DNA of 56,418 bases from contig JAJRXV010000264.1 of NCBI GenBank assembly GCA_024276115.1, forward strand, positions 1 through 56,418. The letters are read 5' to 3'. The notes beneath the pieces are model-generated. The model was given only the letters and a program-made list of their open reading frames with translations. It did no database searches and was not told the origin of the DNA. How positions within the stretch are numbered: the stretch's first letter is position 1; the number at the start of each line of letters is the position of its first letter. Both the position numbers and the translations under genes were made by a program. This DNA is from Deltaproteobacteria bacterium. GTDB taxonomy: Bacteria > Desulfobacterota > JAJRXV01. Below are positions 29,401-38,861 of the stretch, piece by piece.

Positions 29401-30049
29401 TCCGTATGCTCTCAACGAGATCGCCGAACAGCTCGATCCGCGCCGGTCCGTCATACGACGGTATGTATATATCTATTATGTGTCCCCGGACAGCGAAATC
29501 ACCGGGGTCCTCGACGATACCGACGCGCGTGTAGCCCCATGAGACGAGCCGGTTCAAAAACTTCTCCCGCTCTATCTCTTCGCCGTACATCAACAGTTCC
29601 TGCTCTTCGGTCAACACATCTTTCGGGATGACCTTCCGTAGCGCCGCTTTCGATGACGTTACCACGCACCGGATATCCTCGGCGAGCAGTGTAGAGAGTA
29701 CCCGCATCCTATGGGCGGTCACCTCTATCTGCGGAACAACCCTGTCATACGGTAGAGTGTCGAGGCATGGAAATAAACGAGTGGATTGAGTAGATGCTTC
29801 TTTAGCATCCTTAACAGGGGAATCTCCTAAAGAGAGGAAGAAATTTATATCATTATATATCCGCTCAGCGTCTTTATGCTTAGGTGCGACGATAAGAAAC
29901 TGCTTCTGGGTAGTGCGGATAAGTTCGGCGATGATAAACGCCTTGAACGAACCTTTCGCCCCAAAAATCGAAATATTTTCATTTGCTTCAGACAGCTTCT
30001 GGGTCAAAGCCAGGATCGTTGCCTGATTTTCTGGATTATTATCAGTCAT
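26429..30049 (-). CDS. mfd: transcription-repair coupling factor
   Basis: 1206 aa. CarD-like RNAP-interaction domain and SF2 helicase motifs (GDVGFGKTEVA, DEEQRFG, SATPIPRT). Typical Mfd size. Confidence 0.95.
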   Translation of the reverse strand: MTDNNPENQATILALTQKLSEANENISIFGAKGSFKAFIIAELIRTTQKQFLIVAPKHKDAERIYNDINFFLSLGDSPVKDAKEASTQSTRLFPCLDTLPYDRVVPQIEVTAHRMRVLSTLLAEDIRCVVTSSKAALRKVIPKDVLTEEQELLMYGEEIEREKFLNRLVSWGYTRVGIVEDPGDFAVRGHIIDIYIPSYDGPARIELFGDLVESIRIFDPLTQRSVTELEEIVCFPVVDVIYNSGNKKRAQSAITELCSDFDIAFSKRKEFVEKIKEEVYFSNLFEFVPAFYEKMDTLFDYLDGDVCVINLDPTTIKSEIEEYSNDIYARYKKRIGEKTICLPPEMIYLSENELNARQQQHQNIDIRTLELVGEDDTNRFRFSVQLNDRLRKRLVDFSGNKKDIFKEHVLTDESREDIEGKMNESGGALQPLVDILSTALDSGHNVIIAARTLGQAERLCELIDGYDVPYELIERVGQVSSRSKIKILKGDLSHGFICDSAAMTVIIEEEIFGARVKRSVKKRAKLDHFLSSLSDLKADDFIVHVDNGVGLYKGLKAIEIEGIHKDFLIIEFAGADILYLPVDRLNLVMKYSGVDASTPKLDKLGGVAWVKLKSKIRKSIEIMAGELLKIDAKRTLHEGYVYSKSDHYYSEFEASFEFEETPDQMNAIEDVIADMEKKKPMDRLICGDVGFGKTEVAIRAAFKAVMDGKQVAILVPTTVLAQQHYKTFRDRFKGYPFTIEMLSRFRTAAEAKVIKKDLKDGKVNIIIGTHALLAKGTDFLDLGLVVIDEEQRFGVRHKEKLKELKSTVDVITLSATPIPRTLHMSLSGIRDISVINTPPLDRLSIRTIVSNFDDDLIKDAITRELKREGQVFFVHNRVQTIFDIAAYLQKLIPNAKIGVAHGQMPEKALEKRMLGFVNREFDILVSTTIIESGLDISAANTIIIDRADTFGLAQLYQLRGRVGRGKVRAYAYLLIPLERDITKDAVKRLNALIELSELGSGYKIAMYDLEIRGAGNLLGKDQSGSIIAVGFDLYTQLLEQVVSEMKGIKVDIQIEPEININVQAYIPEGYIDEINQRLVLYQRVSSVRSVSDFDDLKDELVDRYGRFPDEVQNLFETMKLRFLMKKLLIASVDIVKGEVVLSFDPRTRFELRELMSLVKSKPRKYRFSAEWKFAISIDREENIEIIQNLKDMLARFYPKRSPKSTD

Positions 30050-30057
30050 AGCGCTTA

Positions 30058-30975
30058 TTAGTCTCGTGGAACGGCGAGCATCCTGTCTAGCGCCTCTTTC
30101 GCCGGCAAACGTATCTCCTCTGGTACTGTGACAAAGTTCTTCATTTCAGAGAGCGATTCGTATATGTCTTCTAGTCGCGTGAGCTTCATGTTCGGGCAGA
30201 CCAGTTTTTTGCTGGCGAGGTGGAACTCTTTTTTCGGATTATCTTTTTTTAACCGGTACAATATACCCATCTCGGTACCGATGATAAACTTCTGCGCGCT
30301 CGACTCCTTAGCGTAGGCGTACATCCCTGATGTAGAGCATATATGCTCCGCGAATTTGAGTACTTCTGGACGGCACTCCGGGTGCGCCATAAAGAGCGCA
30401 CTGGGGTGTTTCTCTTTCGCCTCGATGACATCCGCCTCTGTGACCCGGTCATGCGTCGGGCAGTAGCCATCGAAAAAGACGAACTCCTTATCGACAAACC
30501 GCGCGGTATACTTTCCGAGATTTCTGTCCGGCGTCATGATTATCTTCTTCGTATCGGTGAGGGATTTTATCACTTTCACCGCGTTTGCCGATGTACAACA
30601 TATATCTGACAACGCTTTCACCTCTGCCGTCGAGTTAACATAGGTTACAACGACAGCGTCAGGGTGCTCATTTTTCAACGCCTGAAGTTTTTTGGCGTCT
30701 ATCATATCCGCCATAGGGCAGCCTGCGTCAAGCCGCGGCAATATAACTTTCTTCTCAGGTGAAATTATATAAACGCTCTCAGCCATAAAGTGCACACCGC
30801 AAAAGACTATGACGTCCTTATCGGTCTTACCCGCCTCGACACTCAACCCCAGCGAATCACCGGTGATATCGGCAATCTCTTGTATCTCATCGCGCTGGTA
30901 GTTGTGCGCCAGCAGTACCGCGTTATGCTCATCTAAGAGACGGCGTATCTCTTGTTTCAATTCTGTATCATTCAT
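30058..30975 (-). CDS. nadA: quinolinate synthase
   Basis: LLAHNYQ, GVHFMAE, CPMA and HPEC motifs. ATG 30975 is preferred over the track TTG at 31011, which coincides with a -35 hexamer. Confidence 0.9.
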   Translation of the reverse strand: MNDTELKQEIRRLLDEHNAVLLAHNYQRDEIQEIADITGDSLGLSVEAGKTDKDVIVFCGVHFMAESVYIISPEKKVILPRLDAGCPMADMIDAKKLQALKNEHPDAVVVTYVNSTAEVKALSDICCTSANAVKVIKSLTDTKKIIMTPDRNLGKYTARFVDKEFVFFDGYCPTHDRVTEADVIEAKEKHPSALFMAHPECRPEVLKFAEHICSTSGMYAYAKESSAQKFIIGTEMGILYRLKKDNPKKEFHLASKKLVCPNMKLTRLEDIYESLSEMKNFVTVPEEIRLPAKEALDRMLAVPRD

Positions 30976-30982
30976 AGTGGAC

Positions 30983-31011
30983 AATATATACAGTGGTTTG
31001 AGGTGTGTCAA
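30983..31011 (-). promoter_or_regulatory. near-consensus sigma70 promoter of nadA (TTGACA-17-TATATT)
   Basis: On the minus strand, TTGACA is at 31011-31006, followed by a 17-nt spacer and TATATT at 30988-30983. Only 7 nt (GTCCACT) separate the -10 from the ATG at 30975. Confidence 0.5.
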
Positions 31012-31409
31012 GTGATAATGTTTCTCGAAGTTAAATATCCTGCAACTACCCCATAATTTCTTGGATTTAAAAAACTTCCGCGCAATAGCCTAAAGCCGTA
31101 TTGCTCTTGGGAAGTTAGTTTTCTGTGAAAGGTGGCGATTCAGGCAAATTATATCTGTAGTTGATATCGCCACGTCGCTTGCAAAAAAAACGCGCCCCAT
31201 CTAGATATTTACTCCTCGCAATAACAGTCTCAGCAGGTCATTGCGAAGGAAGCGGAGCGCGGCAATATCAACTGCAAACGTTAAAATAAATATAAAAGTA
31301 AATGTTACAACATGTGAGAGAAAAAAAAAGGGCAACTCAAGTCTATTAAACTTGTAAAAACAAAAAAAATGTGTTATTAGAGATTTAGATTTTTTTATGG
31401 AGGTAATAA

Positions 31410-33248
31410 TTGAGTCAATCATTAAAAAATGCCGCGTTTTGGCTGGTAGTAATCCTTTTGCTACTATTCATTGTCAACAAGTTTGACACAAAAAAAATGA
31501 AGCAGGTGGAGCTTAGCTATACCGAGCTGATGGGCAAGATTAACACTGATGTTGAAGCTGAAAGAATAAAAAAGGTAAAGATAAGAGGTAACACCATATC
31601 GGGGAACTACACCGATAAGGACGGAGAGAAAGAGTTTCATACTATGAAACCCGCGGAAGACCCGGAGTTCATGAAGATACTTCGCACTAAAGGGGTTGAA
31701 ATCACCGTCAAACCTGAGGATCAAAATAAGTGGATGAATATCATTGGCTATTTGTTCCCGATAGTTCTTATTGTTGGTTTCTGGATTTTCTTTATGAAGC
31801 AGATGCAGTCTGGTGGTGGTAAAGCTATGTCATTCGGAAAGAGCCGCGCGAAACTGCTTACAGAAAACCAGCAGAAGGTGACTTTCGAGGATGTTGCTGG
31901 AATTGACGAGGCGAAAGAGGAGCTTGAGGAGATAATCGAGTTTCTGAAAGAACCTAAAAAATTCACTAAGCTTGGTGGAAAGATACCAAAAGGCGTACTC
32001 CTTATGGGCGCACCGGGTACGGGGAAGACACTCCTCGCACGGGCAATAGCCGGTGAAGCTGGAGTACCTTACTACTCTATCAGCGGTTCTGATTTTGTTG
32101 AGATGTTCGTCGGTGTCGGCGCGTCTCGTGTGCGAGATCTCTTTGTTCAGGGGAAAAAGAACGCCCCCTGCATCATTTTTATTGATGAGATCGACGCGGT
32201 AGGACGCCACAGAGGAGCTGGGCTCGGAGGTGGTCATGATGAGCGGGAGCAGACACTTAACCAGCTTTTAGTGGAGATGGACGGTTTTGAGTCGAACGAA
32301 GGTGTAATCCTTATCGCCGCGACTAACAGACCAGACGTCCTTGACCCGGCGTTATTACGACCGGGCAGGTTTGACCGTCAAGTTGTAGTTTCAAAACCTG
32401 ACATACGCGGTCGGCTCGGTATACTGAAAGTACATACAAAAAAAACCCCGCTGGGCGATGACGTTAATTTGGAAATAATCGCGCGGGGAACACCAGGGTT
32501 CTCTGGCGCTGACTTGGCAAATCTAGTCAATGAAGCAGCGCTTTTGGCCGCGAGACATGATAAAGAATGTGTAGAAATGAGTGAGTTTGACTTGGCAAAA
32601 GATAAAGTGCTGATGGGGTCTGAGCGCAAAAGCATGATTATAAGTGACGATGAAAAGCGAAACACAGCGTATCATGAAGCCGGACATACGCTTGTCGCTA
32701 TATTGATGCCAGGCACAGATCCGATTCACAAAGTATCAATTATTCCACGGGGACATGCGCTGGGACTGACACAGCAACTGCCGATAGATGAGAAACACAC
32801 ATACCCGAAGGACTACCTCCTTAACAATATTGCTATATTAATGGGAGGTCGCGCAGCTGAAGAAATTGTCTTAAACCACATGACCACTGGCGCGGGGAGC
32901 GACATAGAGCGAGCGAGCGAGCTTGCGCGTAAGATGGTGTGCAATTGGGGTATGAGCGAAAAGCTAGGGCCACTGGCTTTCGGTAAGAAGGATGAACAGA
33001 TATTCTTAGGGAAAGAGATTGCGACGCATAAAGATTATAGTGATGTCACAGCACTTGAGATCGACAATGAGATCAAGCGTATTGTGACTGATGCTTACAG
33101 CAAAGCAAGAAAACTCTTAACCGACAACATAAACCAGCTACACGCGATATCGGAGTCTCTATTAGAGTATGAAGTGCTTGACGGTGATGATGTTGACAGG
33201 ATAGTCCGCGGTGAACGGCTTACCAAAACTACTGAAAAAAAAAGTTAG
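31410..33248 (+). CDS. ftsH: ATP-dependent zinc metalloprotease FtsH
   Basis: 612 aa. Two TM segments, Walker [13 protein letters not shown], and zinc site HEAGH. Confidence 0.97.
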   Translation: MSQSLKNAAFWLVVILLLLFIVNKFDTKKMKQVELSYTELMGKINTDVEAERIKKVKIRGNTISGNYTDKDGEKEFHTMKPAEDPEFMKILRTKGVEITVKPEDQNKWMNIIGYLFPIVLIVGFWIFFMKQMQSGGGKAMSFGKSRAKLLTENQQKVTFEDVAGIDEAKEELEEIIEFLKEPKKFTKLGGKIPKGVLLMGAPGTGKTLLARAIAGEAGVPYYSISGSDFVEMFVGVGASRVRDLFVQGKKNAPCIIFIDEIDAVGRHRGAGLGGGHDEREQTLNQLLVEMDGFESNEGVILIAATNRPDVLDPALLRPGRFDRQVVVSKPDIRGRLGILKVHTKKTPLGDDVNLEIIARGTPGFSGADLANLVNEAALLAARHDKECVEMSEFDLAKDKVLMGSERKSMIISDDEKRNTAYHEAGHTLVAILMPGTDPIHKVSIIPRGHALGLTQQLPIDEKHTYPKDYLLNNIAILMGGRAAEEIVLNHMTTGAGSDIERASELARKMVCNWGMSEKLGPLAFGKKDEQIFLGKEIATHKDYSDVTALEIDNEIKRIVTDAYSKARKLLTDNINQLHAISESLLEYEVLDGDDVDRIVRGERLTKTTEKKS

Positions 33249-33277
33249 CCGGCTAATATAATCTGACAGGTGTAAAA

Positions 33278-34477
33278 TTGTCATCACATAACATCAGGAT
33301 ACTGCGGCTTACAGAGAAGAATGAAGCCGCTACTGAGCTGAAAAAAATCGGGGTGGACCCTGCTGGGGTCACCATAATGTCTGGTAAAACGCGTCACTAT
33401 AATATCAAGGTATCACACCTTGATCTGCGCCAAGCCAACATAATCAAACAACAAATGCTCTCTTTAGGCGCTGACGTCGCTGTTCACAGGAACGTGATAA
33501 ATAGTAAGGTAGACTATACAGACGCGATAATAATGGCGACTGAAAAACAACTTCAACGTGGCTTTAAAAAATTTCGATTACAGCCTTTTGGTGTAAAAGA
33601 ACTCGCCGACGAGATAGAGGCTGTCATCACAACTGATGAATTCAGCACTCCGCCGTTGACGTGCGGCGCTAAAACTTTTGATTTCAGTGAAAAAACACAT
33701 GTAATGGGGATACTGAACGTTACGCCTGACTCTTTTTCTGATGGTGGCTACTTTTGTGACATAAGAACCGCGCTGACCCATGTCGAGCGAATGATAAATG
33801 AGGGGGCGGATTTTATAGATATCGGTGGCGAATCCACCAAGCCCGGGGCGAAGCCCGTGCCGCTTGAAGAAGAGCTCAAACGGGTAATACCGGTTATCAC
33901 TGAAATAAAGAAAAATTTCTTTGTTCCGGTGTCAGTCGATACTTACAAGGCTGATGTCGCAAAAAGAGCGCTTGACGCAGGCGCGGATATGATCAACGAT
34001 ATCTCTGCGATGCGGTTTGATCCTGAGATGAAAAAAACTGTCGCCGATGCAGGAGTACCGGTCATACTGATGCACATAAAGGGTACCCCGAGGGATATGC
34101 AAAAGAACCCAAAATATGATTGCGTTGTAACTGAGATATTCGATTACCTGAAGGAAGCGGTTGACGAAGCAGAAGCCGCCGGTATAAAAAGCAAAAATAT
34201 AATAATTGATCCCGGTATAGGGTTTGGCAAACTACTTGATCACAATACTGAGATTTTGAAAAAGCTCAGTGAATTTAAAGCACTTCGGAAGGCGATCATG
34301 ATAGGGGTTTCAAGGAAGTCTTTTATTGGACAGTTGACCGGCGCCGACGCGACTGACAGGCTTAACGGCTCTACCGCCGCGAATGTAGTTTCGGTCATTA
34401 ACGGTGCGAACTTACTGCGGGTGCACGATGTAAAAGAAACCATCCATGCAATAAAAATCGCAGAGGCGTTGAAATAA
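33278..34477 (+). CDS. folP: dihydropteroate synthase with a ~140-aa N-terminal extension
   Basis: The pterin-binding domain starts at MGILNVTPDSFSDGG (about aa 143), followed by DIGGESTKPG. The extension has no function I can assign. Confidence 0.9.
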   Translation: MSSHNIRILRLTEKNEAATELKKIGVDPAGVTIMSGKTRHYNIKVSHLDLRQANIIKQQMLSLGADVAVHRNVINSKVDYTDAIIMATEKQLQRGFKKFRLQPFGVKELADEIEAVITTDEFSTPPLTCGAKTFDFSEKTHVMGILNVTPDSFSDGGYFCDIRTALTHVERMINEGADFIDIGGESTKPGAKPVPLEEELKRVIPVITEIKKNFFVPVSVDTYKADVAKRALDAGADMINDISAMRFDPEMKKTVADAGVPVILMHIKGTPRDMQKNPKYDCVVTEIFDYLKEAVDEAEAAGIKSKNIIIDPGIGFGKLLDHNTEILKKLSEFKALRKAIMIGVSRKSFIGQLTGADATDRLNGSTAANVVSVINGANLLRVHDVKETIHAIKIAEALK

Positions 34478-34481
34478 TAAG

Positions 34482-35264
34482 ATGAATATGTTTAGCACTC
34501 AATTCATATTTCCAGACTGGCAGGACTCGGTGGACATTCTCATTGTCGCGTTTGTCACCTACCGAATATTGCTTATGATAAAAGGGACCCGCGCCGTTCA
34601 GATGTTATTGGGGCTGGCTGTCATAGCCGGCATATACATGATCTCGCTGAAAAGCGAACTCGTCATGACCCGCTGGTTCTTGAACAACATCATGAACTCG
34701 CTCATCCTTGTTATAGTAGTTCTCTTCCAAAACGATATTAGGCGTGCCTTGACATCAGTCGGAAAAGCGCCATTTTTTGGGGAGCGGGACAAAGAGAAAA
34801 AAGAAGAAGTATACATCCTCGAAGAGATCATCAAAGCTAGCGTGTTGCTTGCCGAAAAGAAAAGCGGCGCTTTGATCGTCATAGAGAAAGAAACAGGGCT
34901 GAAGGATTACGTCGAGGGAGGGGGCGAGCTCGACGCGAAAGTCTCAAAAGAGCTGATAACAAGCATATTCTTCCAGCACACCCCGATACACGACGGTGCT
35001 ATAATAATACAACAAAACAGAATAAAAGCCGCCGGATGCTTCTTACCTATTACGATGGATACGAGTTTGAGTAAGAGCCTCGGTACACGACATAGAGCGG
35101 CTATGGAGATCTCACTTGAGACAGACGCTGTTGTTATCGTCGTTTCTGAAGAGACAAGCAGTATCTCTTTGGTGTCAGCCGGGAAAATCTCCCGGAACTT
35201 AGACGAATCTGATCTATGGGAGCTTTTGAAAAGGCATTTTATTGATAGAAAAAGATTAAGGTAA
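34482..35264 (+). CDS. cdaA: diadenylate cyclase CdaA
   Basis: 260 aa. Three N-terminal TM helices and DisA_N motifs DGAIII and LGTRHRAA. Confidence 0.92.
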   Translation: MNMFSTQFIFPDWQDSVDILIVAFVTYRILLMIKGTRAVQMLLGLAVIAGIYMISLKSELVMTRWFLNNIMNSLILVIVVLFQNDIRRALTSVGKAPFFGERDKEKKEEVYILEEIIKASVLLAEKKSGALIVIEKETGLKDYVEGGGELDAKVSKELITSIFFQHTPIHDGAIIIQQNRIKAAGCFLPITMDTSLSKSLGTRHRAAMEISLETDAVVIVVSEETSSISLVSAGKISRNLDESDLWELLKRHFIDRKRLR

Positions 35265-35285
35265 ATATAAGGATAAGGAAGCAAG

Positions 35286-36278
35286 TTGAATAAAGGTTTT
35301 TTTGAAAATTTTGGGCTGAAACTGTTTTCGTTAGTATTCGCGATTACACTCTGGTTCTTCGTCTCTGGTGAGAGGAAAACTTACTCCGAGCAAAGTTTTA
35401 CCCTTGACTTGGAGTTTAAGAACATACCGTCGAACCTTATTATTACTGATGATTTCCTTGACAAAGTAGAAATAAGGGTAAGCGGGCGTACGACGATCCT
35501 GAGTAACACCAGAATAGATAAATACACTATTGACCTGACCGACATTACTCCGGGGCTTTCAACATTCAGTATATTGACTGACAAGCTGGCCCTGCCTCCG
35601 GGATTGAGAATAACAAAGATAAGTCCTAAAGAAATCGCCCTCAGACTTGAGGAGGAGATTCTTAAAAAAGTGCCGGTGCGGATAAACATTATCGGAAAGC
35701 CGGCAGAAGGTTATAAGGTTGTGAAACAGTCGATTTCCACAAATTTTATCGCGATAAAAGGCGCAAAGAGTGAGCTTGATGAAATCACATTTATCTCGAC
35801 TGTTGAGCTCAATATAGATGGCGCGAAGGCATCGGTACAGAAAGAGCTTGATCTCGTGGTTGATGAAAAGTATCATAACCTGACTCTTATCGACCTGGAT
35901 AAACAAAACATATCCGCCACTATCGAGATAGAAGAGGCGATAGTTGAAAAAGAGTTCAAAGATGTGCCGGTCTCTGTTCGTGGTATTGAGGGAAATACTT
36001 ATTCAGTAGTTCCTGACAAAATGGATATAATCCTTATCGGGCCTTTTTTGAATATGGATATTCTCTCCAAAGAAGATATTGTCGCTTATGTTGAGGCTGA
36101 AAATGTATTAGAAAATTCTATCCGACTAAAACCGGCAATCGAGCTTCCATTTAGAATAGATATAATAGAAACTATACCGGTTCTCTTTGAGGTGACAAAC
36201 ACCTCTCCTATTATCGAGAAAAAGATAATTGAACCTAGCGATACCAAGCAAAAGAATAGTGAAGGGAAAAAAAGATGA
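35286..36278 (+). CDS. cdaR: YbbR-domain protein (CdaA regulator CdaR)
   Basis: 330 aa with an N-terminal TM and repeated YbbR-like beta domains. It occupies the conserved position between cdaA and glmM. Confidence 0.8.
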   Translation: MNKGFFENFGLKLFSLVFAITLWFFVSGERKTYSEQSFTLDLEFKNIPSNLIITDDFLDKVEIRVSGRTTILSNTRIDKYTIDLTDITPGLSTFSILTDKLALPPGLRITKISPKEIALRLEEEILKKVPVRINIIGKPAEGYKVVKQSISTNFIAIKGAKSELDEITFISTVELNIDGAKASVQKELDLVVDEKYHNLTLIDLDKQNISATIEIEEAIVEKEFKDVPVSVRGIEGNTYSVVPDKMDIILIGPFLNMDILSKEDIVAYVEAENVLENSIRLKPAIELPFRIDIIETIPVLFEVTNTSPIIEKKIIEPSDTKQKNSEGKKR

Positions 36279-37633
36279 AAAAACTTTTTGGCACTGATGG
36301 TGTCAGAGGAATTGCGAATATTGAACCGATGACCGCAGAAACAGCGCTTGCGCTCGGGAGGGCGGCGGCGCACATATTTAAGGTGAACGATAAGCGTCAT
36401 CAAATAGTAATAGGGAAGGACACGCGCTTGTCAGGGTATATGATTGAAAACGCGCTCGCGGCCGGAATATGCTCAATGGGGGTAGACGTTCTCCTCGTGG
36501 GGCCTCTGCCGACCCCGGGAATATCCTTCATCACATCAAGCATGAGAGCTGACGCCGGAGTGGTGATTTCAGCGTCTCATAATCCGTTTCAGGATAATGG
36601 CATTAAATTTTTCTCCCGGGACGGCTTTAAACTGCCTGACTCGGCTGAACTTGAGATGGAAGAACTAATATCAGGCAAAAAGATAAACGCACTCCGCCCG
36701 ACAGCGCAAGAAGTCGGGAAAGCATTCAGGATAGATGACGCGCAGGGGCGTTACATCGTTTACCTCAAGCATACATTTCCTAAGGAGCTTACATTAGATG
36801 GTTTAAAGATGGTAGTAGACTGTGCGAACGGTGCGGCATACAAGATCGCCCCAGCGGTATTCTCAGAACTCGGCGCCGAAGTGATCAAGCGCGGTGTTAA
36901 CCCTAACGGCATAAACATAAACGCCAACTGCGGTGCTTTATACCCTGAAGTCGTTCAAAAGATAGTGCTCAAGACTAAGGCAGATGTAGGCATAGCGCTA
37001 GATGGCGATAGCGACCGGGTTATTTTTATTGATGAAAAGGGAGAAGTTGTCGATGGCGATAAGATTATGGCAATTTGCGCAATCGATATGCTCAAAAATA
37101 AAACGCTCAAAAACAATACACTCGTCGCGACTACGATGAGTAACCTCGGACTAGACAAAGCTATCACCAAAGCTGGTGGCATCGTAGTCCGCGCTGATGT
37201 CGGTGACAGGTATGTTGTCGAGAAGATGCGTAATATCGGCAGTAATTTTGGTGGCGAACAGTCCGGGCATCTGATCTTCCTTGACCACAGCACTACTGGG
37301 GACGGTATACTAAGCGCTCTTCAGGTACTCAGCATAATGATCCGTAGCGGAAAAAAGCTCTCTGAGCTGGCGAAGTGCATGACCACTTACCCACAGGTGC
37401 TGAAAAACTTACGGGTAAAGAAAAAACCGGCGATAAGTAACATAAAAGGGCTGAAACCGATCCTCACTGACGTTGAGAGTAAGCTCGGGGATGATGGACG
37501 GCTGCTCGTCCGTTACTCCGGTACAGAACCGCTCTTACGAGTAATGATAGAGGGGGAAAACAAGAAAAAAATAAATGAATATGTCGATGAGATAGTCGCT
37601 CACATAACCAAAGAAATCGGGGAGGATGCGTAA
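36275..37633 (+). CDS. glmM: phosphoglucosamine mutase
   Basis: 452 aa. [23 protein letters not shown]. Its ATGA start overlaps the cdaR stop. Confidence 0.95.
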   Translation: MKKLFGTDGVRGIANIEPMTAETALALGRAAAHIFKVNDKRHQIVIGKDTRLSGYMIENALAAGICSMGVDVLLVGPLPTPGISFITSSMRADAGVVISASHNPFQDNGIKFFSRDGFKLPDSAELEMEELISGKKINALRPTAQEVGKAFRIDDAQGRYIVYLKHTFPKELTLDGLKMVVDCANGAAYKIAPAVFSELGAEVIKRGVNPNGININANCGALYPEVVQKIVLKTKADVGIALDGDSDRVIFIDEKGEVVDGDKIMAICAIDMLKNKTLKNNTLVATTMSNLGLDKAITKAGGIVVRADVGDRYVVEKMRNIGSNFGGEQSGHLIFLDHSTTGDGILSALQVLSIMIRSGKKLSELAKCMTTYPQVLKNLRVKKKPAISNIKGLKPILTDVESKLGDDGRLLVRYSGTEPLLRVMIEGENKKKINEYVDEIVAHITKEIGEDA

Positions 37634-37635
37634 AA

Positions 37636-38349
37636 ATGGCAAAGTTAGGCGTGAATGTAGACCACATTGCGACAGTAAGGCAGGCGCGGATGGGTATTGA
37701 GCCTGACCCGGTGCACGCGGCGGTATTGGCTGAGCTGGCGGGGGCGGATGGGATTACAGTACATCTACGTGAAGACAGGCGGCATATACAAGACAGGGAT
37801 TTAAAGATACTCCGTGAGACGATCAAGACTCGGCTGAACCTAGAGATGGCGGCAACAAAGGAGATGGTGCAGATAGCGCTCAATATAAAGCCTGACTGTT
37901 GCACAATTGTCCCGGAAAAACGCGAAGAGCTTACCACAGAGGGTGGTCTGGATGTAAAAACAAACAGCGCGTTTTTGGCGAAGTGCGTAAACGCTTTGCA
38001 GGACGCGAACATAAAAGTAAGCCTCTTTATCGATCCAGACTTAGACGCGGTAAAAAAGTCACACATGCTCGGGGTCGATGCGGTAGAGTTCAATACTGCC
38101 AGATTCAGCGAGGCAAAAACTGAAAAACTTGAGGATGAGGAGCTTGTAAATATCATCAATGCTGTCAAAATGGGTTCGAAGCTTAACCTTGAAATAATCG
38201 CGGGTCATGGTCTAAACTACATCAATATTCAGAAGATCAGATCAATTAAGGAGATCGTAGAGTACAATATCGGGCACAGTATTGTATCGAGGGCTTTGTA
38301 TGTAGGATTTGAGAGAGCGGTGCGAGAGATGAAATCGCTTATAGGGTAA
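37636..38349 (+). CDS. pdxJ: pyridoxine 5'-phosphate synthase
   Basis: 237 aa. LGVNVDHIATVRQAR, HLREDRRHI, and GHGL near the C-terminus. Confidence 0.95.
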   Translation: MAKLGVNVDHIATVRQARMGIEPDPVHAAVLAELAGADGITVHLREDRRHIQDRDLKILRETIKTRLNLEMAATKEMVQIALNIKPDCCTIVPEKREELTTEGGLDVKTNSAFLAKCVNALQDANIKVSLFIDPDLDAVKKSHMLGVDAVEFNTARFSEAKTEKLEDEELVNIINAVKMGSKLNLEIIAGHGLNYINIQKIRSIKEIVEYNIGHSIVSRALYVGFERAVREMKSLIG

Positions 38350-38480
38350 CAAAATAAATCATAAATTGTATTTTATTTTATTCTAAGGTATTATTTAATT
38401 ATAAACATTATAGCTTGTTCGTTTTATAGTTGCATCTTGGGTATTTACTCTGGTTATTTCTTTTTATAAGGTGACAAAAA

Positions 38481-38858
38481 ATGATTATAGGTACCGGTAA
38501 TGATATCGTCAGGATTTCACGAATAGAAAAACTCCTTGAAAAATATGGCGATAAGTTCTTAGAAAAAGTTTATACACCTGACGAAATTGCAAAATGTAAT
38601 GCGAGAAAAAATCGCGTTCAGTGTCTGGCGCTCAGGTTCGCCGCGAAAGAAGCGTTTTTAAAGGCGCTTAAAACAGGGATGCGATATAATGTAAAACTTT
38701 CTGAAGTCGAAGTAATAAATAATGAGGATGGCGCGCCATCTTTCAAGCTCTATGGTCTCACAAAGCAGTTTACGAAAAACTTACACGTCAAACATATCCA
38801 CCTGGCTCTCACTGATGATGGTGATTATGCTATGGCAAACGTTATACTTGAAAGGTAA
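38481..38858 (+). CDS. acpS: holo-[acyl-carrier-protein] synthase
   Basis: 125 aa. IGTGNDIV and FAAKEAFLKA. pdxJ-acpS linkage is common. Confidence 0.92.
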   Translation: MIIGTGNDIVRISRIEKLLEKYGDKFLEKVYTPDEIAKCNARKNRVQCLALRFAAKEAFLKALKTGMRYNVKLSEVEVINNEDGAPSFKLYGLTKQFTKNLHVKHIHLALTDDGDYAMANVILER

Positions 38859-38861
38859 TTC

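Noticed and set aside
31012-31200. Possible NAD+ (nadA-motif) riboswitch upstream of nadA
   Set aside because: A near-consensus promoter sits directly against the ATG, leaving no leader. I could not recognise the conserved nadA-motif core in the upstream 190 nt.
31132-31277. 8-bp hairpin GTGGCGAT/ATCGCCAC (31132-31173), and an imperfect long-range inverted repeat with 31261-31277, in the 400-bp nadA/ftsH gap
   Set aside because: No T-run terminator, no match to an RNA family I know, and only 14 of 17 complementarity for the long-range pair. It may be an operator or unrelated. The 73-aa ORF 31201..31422 there is low-complexity and overlaps the ftsH start.
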